Assembly (NCBI GenBank): GCA_963676795.2
Contig: CAXXTB010000001.1
Location: 1,152,001-1,216,000, forward strand
Source of the DNA: Geopsychrobacteraceae bacterium
Lineage (GTDB): Bacteria > Desulfobacterota > Desulfuromonadia > Desulfuromonadales > Geopsychrobacteraceae
DNA: 64,000 bases
Reading direction: 5' to 3'
Part shown: one piece after another, positions 1 through 9,505 of the stretch
Layout of the letters: each line of letters begins with the position of its first letter
Numbering within the stretch: the first letter of the stretch is position 1
Notes under the pieces: model-generated
The model's input: only the letters and a program-made list of their open reading frames with translations
Told to the model about the DNA's origin: nothing
Databases searched by the model: none
Translations under genes and position numbers: made by a program

Positions 1-1384
1 GGGCAAAGATCTTGAACCCTTCATAGCCATGGTAAGGACCAGAGTAGTCCCAGCTGTGCATCTGACGGAACGGAATGCCAGCTTTCTGGAAGACATACTT
101 TTCCTTGATACCACTACCGATCAGGTCAGGCTTGAATTCTTCGACGAATTTCTCCAGCTCGAACTCGGAGACGTCATCGTAAATCAGGGTCCCTTTAGCC
201 ATCTCTGGAGCGGTACGATCGTAGTCATCCTGGTGAGCGAACTCGTAACCGGAACCGGTGATCTGGATGCCGAGGTCCTCGTAAGCGCCGACGGTGTGAC
301 GTGGGCGCAAGCCCCCGACGAACAGCATTGCGGTTTTACCTTCGAGGCGTGGCTTGTACTCAGCGATGACAGCTTCCATCTCTGCGGTGTACTTGGCAAT
401 AACAGCTTCGCCTTTTTCACGGATGGTGTCGTCGAAGCGATCAGCGATTGCACGGATACTTTCAGCGATCTTGGTTGGACCGAAGAAGTTGTACTCGATC
501 CAAGGAATGCCCCACTTCTCTTCCATGACCTTACACATGTAGTTCATGGAACGGTAGCAGTGGATGACGTTCAGTTTGACCTGGTAGGTCGAAGCGATCT
601 TTTCGATCTCACCGTCACCGGTCCAGATCGACTTGACGTTCAGGCCCATCTCTTCGAGGATCGGTTTGGCAGCCCAGACGTCACCACCGATGTTGTAGTC
701 ACCGATCAGAGCGATGTCGTAAGGTCCGATTTCGCCATCAAATTCTTTCTTGCCGATGATGAAGTCACGGATCGAGTCGTTGGAGATGTGGTGACCCAGG
801 GACTGGGAAACGCCACGGAAACCTTCACAGTTACAAGGGATAACGAACTTGCCGAGCTCTTTTTCCATCTTCTTGGCAACGGCGTTGATATCGTCACCGA
901 TCAGACCAACCGGACATTCGGAGAGGATCGACAGTCCCTTACAGAGTGGGAACAGTTCGTCAGCTTCCTTGAGCAGCTTTTCCAACTTCTTGTCGCCACC
1001 GTAAACGATGTCGCGTTCCTGGAAGTCAGAGGTGAAGTCCATTGGGAACGAGGTAACACCAGGGATACCTTGCATCAGGTTACGACGGGTACCCCAGCTG
1101 TAAACACCACAACCGACCGGGCCGTGAGAAACGTGGACAACGTCACGAATCGGACCCCAGACAACCCCTTTGGCACCAGCGTAGGCACAGCCACGCTGAC
1201 TCATAACGCCAGGGACAACCTTACGGTTCGACTTAACAGCACAAGGAGAGGCGGATGGTTCGTTTGCACCCAGGTGAGGGGCACGCTTCTTTTGTGCTTT
1301 TTCTGGCATGAAGGAAAGAGTTTCCTTAATCAATGCCTCGGTTTTTTCTATAGTTACACCCTCAATGGGTTTTCTTTCTGCCAT
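1..1384 (-). CDS. nifD: Nitrogenase MoFe protein alpha chain (partial, runs off window start)
   Basis: Manual minus-strand translation from ATG at 1384 (RBS AAGGAG) gives MAERKPIEG...[43 protein letters not shown]. It lies directly downstream of nifH and is absent from the ORF track because it has no stop in the window. Confidence 0.97.
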   Translation of the reverse strand, partial: MAERKPIEGVTIEKTEALIKETLSFMPEKAQKKRAPHLGANEPSASPCAVKSNRKVVPGVMSQRGCAYAGAKGVVWGPIRDVVHVSHGPVGCGVYSWGTRRNLMQGIPGVTSFPMDFTSDFQERDIVYGGDKKLEKLLKEADELFPLCKGLSILSECPVGLIGDDINAVAKKMEKELGKFVIPCNCEGFRGVSQSLGHHISNDSIRDFIIGKKEFDGEIGPYDIALIGDYNIGGDVWAAKPILEEMGLNVKSIWTGDGEIEKIASTYQVKLNVIHCYRSMNYMCKVMEEKWGIPWIEYNFFGPTKIAESIRAIADRFDDTIREKGEAVIAKYTAEMEAVIAEYKPRLEGKTAMLFVGGLRPRHTVGAYEDLGIQITGSGYEFAHQDDYDRTAPEMAKGTLIYDDVSEFELEKFVEEFKPDLIGSGIKEKYVFQKAGIPFRQMHSWDYSGPYHGYEGFKIFA

Positions 1385-1472
1385 GTGTCGCTCCTTCACA
1401 GAATCAACGAGTGTCGTGTCAGGCTTACGGGCAGGTATTGCCCGCAAACCTGAGTATGCATTGAATTAAATG

Positions 1473-2477
<1,005 letters not shown>

Positions 2478-2581
2478 TCAAACATGGGTTAAGTCATGAA
2501 CTGCTTCTGGCTATGGCAGGTTTAGGTTGACGAGCCAGAAAGCAACTTGATCTCTATTTTCACGTCTTGGAAAGCTCAGAT

Positions 2582-2669
2582 AAAAAAAGCCCGGAGTCTT
2601 TGGCGGATTGTCATCCGATCCTGATCTCCGGGCTTCGTTGCCTGAATGGTATGAATTACAGCGGTGTAA
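2582..2669 (-). promoter_or_regulatory. ANTAR-type dual-hairpin antitermination element overlapping an intrinsic terminator in the nifH leader
   Basis: Minus strand: P1 TTAC-ACCGCT-GTAA, 13-nt linker, P2 GGC-AACGAA-GCC. Both hexaloops have A1/G4. P2 overlaps the 5' arm of terminator AGCCCGGAG...CTCCGGGCT-TTTTTT. Confidence 0.85.
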
Positions 2670-2709
2670 CTCTGGATATGTTGTTTGTGTCTTTCTGCCT
2701 TCCTATTAA

Positions 2710-2725
2710 TGCAGAGCCTGTGCCA
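2710..2725 (-). promoter_or_regulatory. sigma54 (-24/-12) promoter of nifH
   Basis: TGGCAC-AGGCT-CTGCA on the minus strand (GG-N10-GC). Confidence 0.85.
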
Positions 2726-2831
2726 AGTTTTGAAATAAAATTTAAGTTGCTGATTTTGCTTGTAAACTTTTTTTTCCGAGAGGTTTTCTCGGTTTTGTCG
2801 GGAAAAAAGTATTTTTTTTGCACAATGACCC

Positions 2832-2868
2832 TGTTCAGTTTTTGGTCAGTCTGGGCAGTTTTTATGCA
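2832..2868. promoter_or_regulatory. Tandem putative NtrC/GnfM-type upstream activator sites
   Basis: Two 17-bp imperfect palindromes (TGTTCAGTTTTTGGTCA, TGGGCAGTTTTTATGCA) 20 bp apart, about 110-140 bp upstream of the sigma54 promoter. Confidence 0.45.
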
Positions 2869-2959
2869 TAAAAAAGAACCAGTGACCCAATACACAGCAG
2901 AGGATGATAAGTGGAGTTAGTTCCTTCTGCTTTGTATCAAACTCTGCAGAGCAGAGTTT

Positions 2960-3341
2960 TTCGGTTATGCCCATGAGATGAGCTCAGCTCATCGTGGGGC
3001 GCGCTGTCAGTTGCTGGTGTGTGCCTACAGAGAAACGCAGGCTTAATTACGACATATACAAAGAGCGTTTTTGCTTACTTTTGCCGCTCTGGGCAAAAGT
3101 AAGGCGCCGTTCGGGCGCGCGACCCCGAGGTTTTGCTCTTCGTGCTGTCCGATAAGCAGAAAATCAAAATCGCCGGTTCTCGCACCGGCAAGCGACCTCC
3201 TTTTTTGAATCGTCAAAAAAGGAGGCAAAAAAACTCTTTCAAAACTGGCGTAAGATTTTCTATCTCAAGACTTGCTGGACACACCAGCAGAACGGAAGGC
3301 GCCCAACGATGGGCTACGGCCATCTGACGGGCAGAATCGAA
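2960..3341. repeat. Nested-palindrome (REPIN-like) dispersed repeat, copy A (alpha arms at both ends)
   Basis: Ends TTCGGTTATGCCC... and ...GGGCAGAATCGAA are inverted. It contains two inverted inner units with T-rich/A-rich hairpins and aligns by eye with 56168-56582 and 18060-18498. Confidence 0.8.
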
Positions 3342-3489
3342 TTAGTTTTCATCAGGATACGGCCCTTTTTCGCCGTGGCGGCGTCAATCTGCGGGCTTAT
3401 TTGTGCGGCGTAAAGCACTACGCCTCCGCATAACCCCTTGATTTCCTTGCCACGACAAAAAATTTCTCGTTTCCAATCTGAAAACTTAA
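3342..3489. mobile_element. Putative MITE-like element (~148 bp long hairpin with imperfect terminal inverted repeats)
   Basis: TAGTTTTCATCAGGATACG at the left end and CGTTTCCAATCTGAAAACTTA at the right end. The internal arms pair (TTTTTCGCCGTGGC/GCCACGACAAAAA) and there is no ORF. Confidence 0.5.
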
Positions 3490-3582
3490 GCGTTGCCCTC
3501 CGGACTTTCCGGATGGCAACGAATTAAATTCATTTTGATGCTTGAAAAAGCAGCTGCTGGCTTTGTCAGCATTTATGCTTTT

Positions 3583-4017
3583 TTATGCGACGATCTTGAC
3601 CAGTTTCAGGGCGAAGGTCAGATCGAGGCCAGCCAGCTGGTGGTTGGCGTCGAGGGTGACGCTCTCATCCTCGACCTTGATGATCATCATCGCCTTGTTG
3701 GTGCCGTCGGCAAACTGGATATTCAGTTTTTTGCCGACCTCTAAGGGGCGGTCCTGGGGAAAACTGCTGCGCGGTACCTCGATCATGTTTTCCTTGAGGC
3801 GCGGGCCGTAAGCGTCGGCGGCCGGGATCAGGATGTTTTTGACATCCCCCAGCTGCATACCGATGATCTCTTTCTCCAGGGCCGCGAAGATCTCGTTGTT
3901 TCCCAGTGTCACCTGCAGCGGATCGTTGTCATCTCGGCTGTCGAAGACATAGCCGTTATCGAGTGTGCCGATATAGTGGACAATGACAGTGTTCCCGCTC
4001 TGGGCGCAATTTATCAT
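3583..4017 (-). CDS. FKBP-type (SlyD-like) peptidyl-prolyl isomerase
   Basis: VHYIGTLDNGYVFDS, IPAADAYG, DANHQLAGLDLTF motifs. Confidence 0.9.
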   Translation of the reverse strand: MINCAQSGNTVIVHYIGTLDNGYVFDSRDDNDPLQVTLGNNEIFAALEKEIIGMQLGDVKNILIPAADAYGPRLKENMIEVPRSSFPQDRPLEVGKKLNIQFADGTNKAMMIIKVEDESVTLDANHQLAGLDLTFALKLVKIVA

Positions 4018-4036
4018 GTTGTTTCTCCTTGTAAAC

Positions 4037-4474
4037 CTATGAACCTATAATCAGGAAGCGTGAATCGAAGTAGGCTTCCAGGATCTTTTCAACTTCACTC
4101 CAGAGCATGCCGCCGCCACCACAGCCGGGGCGTGGTACGATAACCCGCGGCCACTTCTTGTAGTTGGTCAGTTCAACCAGTTCCCGGCAGGATTGATGGA
4201 TAATCTCCGGGGCCGGGTTTTCAAAGGTGGTCCGTTCAACCGGAAAGGACACGATCCGGTGACCCAGATCGAAGACATGCAGTCCGTGAAGCTTGAGCTG
4301 TTCACCCAGGACATGGGGCAGCTGCGGAAAACGGTCGGCCGCCTGGCGGGCGCAGCCGCGCGGCATGGCGCAACTGCCATCCTTGCGCAGTTGGCCGCTG
4401 GTGGTGATGGCAATCACCTCCCCCTGCTGATGGAAATCCCAGAGATCTCCTTCAATCAGCTGCAGGCGGCTCAT
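4037..4474 (-). CDS. Macrodomain (ADP-ribose-binding/processing) family protein
   Basis: GDLW...IAITTSG...AMPRGCARQAADRFP...SFPV...VPRPGCGGGGMLWSEV resembles TARG1/DarG-like macrodomains. Confidence 0.7.
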   Translation of the reverse strand: MSRLQLIEGDLWDFHQQGEVIAITTSGQLRKDGSCAMPRGCARQAADRFPQLPHVLGEQLKLHGLHVFDLGHRIVSFPVERTTFENPAPEIIHQSCRELVELTNYKKWPRVIVPRPGCGGGGMLWSEVEKILEAYFDSRFLIIGS

Positions 4475-4764
4475 ATCCGCATCAGCCCTCTGACGGTCTC
4501 GACCAGGTAATCAAAGACCTCTTCGCGGGTGCGGATAAAGACCGGCATCTCGTAGATCATGATCTCTTCAATTTTTTGCAATGCGGCAGCATCGTCCAGG
4601 TTCAGTTCATCCATGACCGCTTCAAACATCGGGATAACTTCGTACTGGTCATCCCGTTCAAATGGGTAGGGGTCCGGTTTACCGCTGAACTTGGGTTCTT
4701 CGCGGGTCTCCTTGATGCGTGGATATTTATAATAGAGATCGGATGGTTTAATCTGAATACCCAT
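4471..4764 (-). CDS. Hypothetical protein (97 aa)
   Basis: ORF with RBS AAGGAG; stop overlaps the next start, so it is coupled within the operon. Confidence 0.75.
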   Translation of the reverse strand: MGIQIKPSDLYYKYPRIKETREEPKFSGKPDPYPFERDDQYEVIPMFEAVMDELNLDDAAALQKIEEIMIYEMPVFIRTREEVFDYLVETVRGLMRI

Positions 4765-4776
4765 AATCCTTGCTCC

Positions 4777-5004
4777 TTAACATCCGCCGTTGCAGCCACC
4801 ACACTTTTTATGGGCAACGACTGTTGTTTTCTTTCCGTTCTTTTCCTGGAATTCGATCAGGCTTTCGGTGTTGATGTACCATTCGCCGTCAGATTCTTCT
4901 CCGCCGATCAGTCCGCGTTTGACATGCATGAGGACATTGAGTTCGGTCGTTTCCATCTGGGCGGCAGCTTCTGCGATCGGGATCATCGAGCATTGACAAG
5001 ACAT
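4777..5004 (-). CDS. Small putative HTH (Xis/MerR-like) protein with terminal Cys motifs
   Basis: RBS AGGAG; IPIAEAAAQMETTELNVLMHVKRGLIGG...GEWYI pattern; N-terminal CQC and C-terminal CGGCNGGC. Confidence 0.65.
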   Translation of the reverse strand: MSCQCSMIPIAEAAAQMETTELNVLMHVKRGLIGGEESDGEWYINTESLIEFQEKNGKKTTVVAHKKCGGCNGGC

Positions 5005-5022
5005 GGTGAAACTCCTGTAAAT

Positions 5023-5961
5023 CTATGGGACACGCTGTTGGTCTGCGCCAGGCTCGGCAGCGGTGTCACGAGTTGCCCCGTAAGGGGAAAGTGCCAGCAG
5101 TTGCGGGGTCAGTTCGCAAATCTCCTGCTGGACCTGTTTATCCAGTTTCTTCAGCCAGGCTTTCGGCAGCTGGTCAAGGCCGTAGAAAGCTCCGGCGATC
5201 ATGCCGGCGATAGCGCCGGTGGTGTCGGCATCTCCACCCTGGTTGACGACGCCGACCAGGCATTCTTCAAAGGTCGCTGTGGCAAACAGGTAGTGGAAGA
5301 CCGTCTGTAGCGTTTCCACCACGTAACCTGATGCCTGCCCCTTGTATCTGTTGAAGCGGTAAGTCGGGTACTCAGACGTCAGTTCACGGGTGATGGCGTG
5401 CATTTCAAAGCGGTCTGCGCCCTTTAAGGCGGCGTGGACCATTTTGCCGACGCAAATGCAGCCCGCGTCAGAGAGGATATGGTTGTGAGTCAGGTGAGCC
5501 TGCTCCAGCGACCATTTTTGCATCAGTTCATCGCTGCCGAAGCTGCACAGGGCCACCGGAGCCATACGCATCACTGCACCGTTGCCTGCATCCCATTCAT
5601 TGACCGGCATCTTAAGCTCGCCGTTGGTCATATACTGGCGGATCCCTTTGCGCACTGTCGCGCCGATGTCAATCGGTTTGCCTCTCATCCAGGCGACGAA
5701 ATTATCGGCGATCTGAACAAGCGACCACTCCTGTCTGTCGACGACAGCGCGAGCGATGCACAGCGACATTTCAGTGTCGTCGGTGACCTGTCCCGCTTTG
5801 ACGCCGAGCCAGCCGCCGCCGACGATTTTGCGCAGCTTCTTGTACTTGGCTGCGATCTCGGGCGGTGACATGAATTCTGTTGTTGCCCCCAGGGCATCGC
5901 CGATGGCCAGGCCGAGAAAAGAGGCGAGGGCGCGATTCTGGACTTCTGCATCGTTAAGCAT
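5023..5961 (-). CDS. draG: ADP-ribosyl-[dinitrogen reductase] glycohydrolase
   Basis: GLAIGDALG, VTDDTEM, AGNGAVMR, GGDADTTGAIAG; translationally coupled to draT. Confidence 0.95.
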   Translation of the reverse strand: MLNDAEVQNRALASFLGLAIGDALGATTEFMSPPEIAAKYKKLRKIVGGGWLGVKAGQVTDDTEMSLCIARAVVDRQEWSLVQIADNFVAWMRGKPIDIGATVRKGIRQYMTNGELKMPVNEWDAGNGAVMRMAPVALCSFGSDELMQKWSLEQAHLTHNHILSDAGCICVGKMVHAALKGADRFEMHAITRELTSEYPTYRFNRYKGQASGYVVETLQTVFHYLFATATFEECLVGVVNQGGDADTTGAIAGMIAGAFYGLDQLPKAWLKKLDKQVQQEICELTPQLLALSPYGATRDTAAEPGADQQRVP

Positions 5962-6758
5962 CAGAGTCGCATCTCCTCGACTTCGTAGTCGCCACCGATG
6001 ACCAGGTATTCATCCTCCCCCTTCATCAGGGTTTTCGGCAAAAAGCCGCTGAGGAAGAAGATCTTGGTCAACGGGACCTGGGCCCGGATGACCCTTGAGC
6101 CGAACTCCCAGGCTTTTTCATAGTCGCTGGTAAAGGAGTTCAGGTTGTTCAGGCGGATCAGGAACCTGGTGTTGCTGTGTCTGTCCAGGATGCTGTGTTC
6201 GTCCAGATCGTAGACCCCACGGAATAGAGAGAGATAGGGCGTGTCCGGCATCTGGCGCTCCAGCTCATACTGGATAAATTCATAGAGCAGGTCGAGCTGG
6301 GAAAAGATGGCGCTGGTGCGTGCCGATCCCTTCATCCGGTCGACCGTATAGAGGAAATACTCCTCTGAATTCTGATCGGGGATCACTCGCTTGTGAAAGG
6401 TCGGAACCAGCCCCAGCCGTGATTCGACCCACCCCTTGAGGACCGCCCCCTCGACAAAATTGCTGTCGAACAGCCATCCGCGCAAAAAGCGCAGATAGCT
6501 GTTCTTCAGGCTTTTCTGACTGCTGCGCGACTCTTCCCGTTGCCACTGGTGGAGCTGAAAGGTGACATCCATGAAGTCATGGAAGAGCAACGCCCGTTGT
6601 TCCGGATCGTCAATCTGGTCGAGCTGTTCAAAGAGCAACCGGCCCATGTGCCTGGCCCCCTGAACCTCCAATCGCTGCGGTCTGGCGTTGTAGTGATGCG
6701 AGGCAATCGACCAGGGCGGCAGGTTGCAGAGGTTGATCAGGGTGATGTGGTTGCTCAC
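5961..6758 (-). CDS. draT: NAD(+)--dinitrogen-reductase ADP-ribosyltransferase
   Basis: CNLPPW, SYLRFLRGWLFDSN.EGAVLKGWVESRLG, LNNLNSFT, GEDEYLVIGG. Confidence 0.95.
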   Translation of the reverse strand: MSNHITLINLCNLPPWSIASHHYNARPQRLEVQGARHMGRLLFEQLDQIDDPEQRALLFHDFMDVTFQLHQWQREESRSSQKSLKNSYLRFLRGWLFDSNFVEGAVLKGWVESRLGLVPTFHKRVIPDQNSEEYFLYTVDRMKGSARTSAIFSQLDLLYEFIQYELERQMPDTPYLSLFRGVYDLDEHSILDRHSNTRFLIRLNNLNSFTSDYEKAWEFGSRVIRAQVPLTKIFFLSGFLPKTLMKGEDEYLVIGGDYEVEEMRL

Positions 6759-6765
6759 GGTCTGG

Positions 6766-7332
6766 TCAGCTCCCCATCAACAGGATTGCTTCGGCGACTT
6801 CACGCAGACTCTTGCGCTTGTCCATCGCCAGTTTCTGAATCTTGCGATGGGCTTCCGGCTCCTTCATCCCCTGGTTCATCAGCACTCCTTTGGCGCGGTC
6901 GACCAGTTTGCGGGTTTCCAGAGTCTCTTTCAGGGCCGAGACCTCATCGCGCAGGTTGGACAGTTCGATGAACTGGTGAATCGCCAGGTCAACCGAGATC
7001 TTCAGCTGCTCTTCCTTAAACGGCTTCATCAGGTACTGATGGACGCCGGCATCCTGGGCCTTGCCGACGGTGTCGCTATCGATGGTGCCGGTCAGCAGAA
7101 CAATGGCCCCGCTTGGATCGCGGTTCATCTTGTCGGCAGCTGAAACGCCATCCATGACCGGCATGGAGACATCCATGACAGTCAGCAGAGGGCGATGGGT
7201 TGCGGCCAGGGCCACGGCCTGAGAGCCGTTTTCCGCTTCATAGATATCGTCAAAACCGTAATCGGCCAGAACTTTTGAAACTTGACGACGAATCAAGGGT
7301 TCGTCATCGACAACCAGAGCTGTTTTCATCAC
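6766..7332 (-). CDS. gnfR: REC-ANTAR response regulator (GnfR/NasT-like RNA-binding antiterminator)
   Basis: Receiver domain (VVDDE...MDVSMP...KPF) plus ANTAR tail RKLVDRAKGVLM...EAHRKIQKLAMDKRKSLREVAEAI. Confidence 0.85.
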   Translation of the reverse strand: MMKTALVVDDEPLIRRQVSKVLADYGFDDIYEAENGSQAVALAATHRPLLTVMDVSMPVMDGVSAADKMNRDPSGAIVLLTGTIDSDTVGKAQDAGVHQYLMKPFKEEQLKISVDLAIHQFIELSNLRDEVSALKETLETRKLVDRAKGVLMNQGMKEPEAHRKIQKLAMDKRKSLREVAEAILLMGS

Positions 7333-7447
7333 ATAACCTCATAGCCATGCGGCTTAAGGGGGCCTCCGGCGAACCGGAGGCACGGGTCAGACAAATCTTG
7401 CTATATTTCTTCCAGGTTTTGTCGGGCCGTTTTGCGGCCCTTTGCTA

Positions 7448-8752
7448 TTAACGGTTCTGGCTGACGCGCTGGAAGTCCGGGTAGGCTTCCATGCCGATCT
7501 CCTGAGAGTCGCAGCCGAGCATCTCTTCTTCTTCGCTGACGCGGATGCCCATGGTGTACTTGAGGACCAGCCAGACGATGCTGGCGGTGATCAGGACGAA
7601 GACGCCGGTGGCGACAACGCCGATCAGCTGGGTGACGAAGCTGGCGTCAGAGTTGGTGATCGGAACCGCCAGGGTGCCCCAGATACCGCCAACCAGGTGG
7701 ACAGACAGGGCGCCGACAACGTCATCGATCTTGAGCTTGTCAAAGAGCGGAACAGCCAGAACACAGAGGATACCGCCAACGGCGCCGATCAGGGTCGCAG
7801 CACCTAAGGACGGGGTGTCAGGACCGGCAGTGATGGCAACCAGACCGGCCAGGGCGCCGTTTAATGCCATGGTGACGTCGACCTTCTTGTAAAGGATCTG
7901 AACCAGGATCATCGCGGCAACCATGCCACCACAGGCGGCCATGTTGGTGTTGACCATGACATTCGACATGGCGATGGCGCTGGCCGCATCACCCAGGGCG
8001 AGAACCGAACCGCCGTTGAAGCCGTACCAGCCCATCCACAGGATGAAGGTCCCCAGGGTGGCCAGCGGAATGTTGGAACCCGGCAGCGGGTTGACCTTGC
8101 CGTCTTTACCGTACTTGCCTTTACGCGCGCCGAGGATGATGGCACCGCTTAAGGCTGCCCAGCCGCCGACGGAGTGAACGATGGTCGAACCGGCGAAGTC
8201 AAGGAAGCCCAGCTCGGACAGCCAGCCGCCGCCCCAGCCCCAGGAACCCTGGATCGGATAGATGATACCGGTCAGCACGACACAGAAGATCAGGAAGCCC
8301 CACAGCTTGATCCGCTCGGCGACACAACCGGAGACAACGGAACAGGCGGCGCCACAGAAGACCATCTGGAAGAACCAGTCGGAAGCGGCCGCATAGCCGC
8401 CGGAGAAGTCGCCGGCTGCGGCTGCGGCGTCGTCAGCGCCCCAGAGACCGAAACTGCCGAAGAAACCACCGTCAACACCGGCGTACATCAGGTTGTAACC
8501 GATCAGGTAGTAGAGGATGCCGGCGATGCCGAACAGCGAGATGTTCTTCAGACAGATGGTGGCGACGTTCTTGGAACGGACCAGACCGGCCTCGAGCATA
8601 CCGAAACCGGCGGCCATCCACATGACCAGGACACCCATGACCAGGAAGGAAAAGGTGTTGAGGACGTAAGCGAGTTCATCGGTGCTGACTTCGGCGAAGG
8701 CCAGGGCCGGCAGGGCCAGCAGACCGGCGAGCAGCAGGGCTGTTTTCTTCAT
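7448..8752 (-). CDS. amtB: Ammonium transporter
   Basis: DFAGSTIVH, GWYGFNGGS, DDVVGALSVH; lies downstream of the P-II gene. Confidence 0.97.
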   Translation of the reverse strand: MKKTALLLAGLLALPALAFAEVSTDELAYVLNTFSFLVMGVLVMWMAAGFGMLEAGLVRSKNVATICLKNISLFGIAGILYYLIGYNLMYAGVDGGFFGSFGLWGADDAAAAAGDFSGGYAAASDWFFQMVFCGAACSVVSGCVAERIKLWGFLIFCVVLTGIIYPIQGSWGWGGGWLSELGFLDFAGSTIVHSVGGWAALSGAIILGARKGKYGKDGKVNPLPGSNIPLATLGTFILWMGWYGFNGGSVLALGDAASAIAMSNVMVNTNMAACGGMVAAMILVQILYKKVDVTMALNGALAGLVAITAGPDTPSLGAATLIGAVGGILCVLAVPLFDKLKIDDVVGALSVHLVGGIWGTLAVPITNSDASFVTQLIGVVATGVFVLITASIVWLVLKYTMGIRVSEEEEMLGCDSQEIGMEAYPDFQRVSQNR

Positions 8753-8798
8753 TGTTTAGTTCTCCTTATCAATAGCGTTTTGAATAACGTTGATGTTC

Positions 8799-9194
<396 letters not shown>

Positions 9195-9199
9195 CTATT

Positions 9200-9215
9200 T
9201 GCATTGCTTGTGCCA
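9200..9215 (-). promoter_or_regulatory. sigma54 promoter of the glnK-amtB operon
   Basis: TGGCAC-AAGCA-ATGCA on the minus strand; NtrC-like 17-mer TGCATTATTTTTAGGCA at 9266-9282. Confidence 0.85.
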
Positions 9216-9505
9216 ATTTTTAAATTGCTGGAATGTAAGAGATATTTTTCTGTAGCTTGGGGATGTGCATTATTTTTAGGCAGCAGTATTCTGCGCTGCT
9301 CAAGAGCTGGACATCAGATTGTTTGAAAAGAGAATGCCCTCTGCAAAAAAATCGAAAGATTCATTTCTGCCTTGTCCCGGGAGACTGAGCTTATTTTGAC
9401 CAGCGCTTTGCTGAATTGGATAAAAAACGGGCAGCCTTCTGATTGAAGACTGTCCGTATTTATTGGGGGAGCAGGGGGCTTCTGCAGTCTTGTCAGGACG
9501 GGGCG

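Noticed and set aside
2960..3489. CRISPR array or coding interpretation of the repeat region (short ORFs at 3043-3327; similarly 18183-18577 and 56106-56647)
   Set aside because: There are no regularly spaced direct repeats with unique spacers, and the ORFs are by-products of the palindromic repeat.
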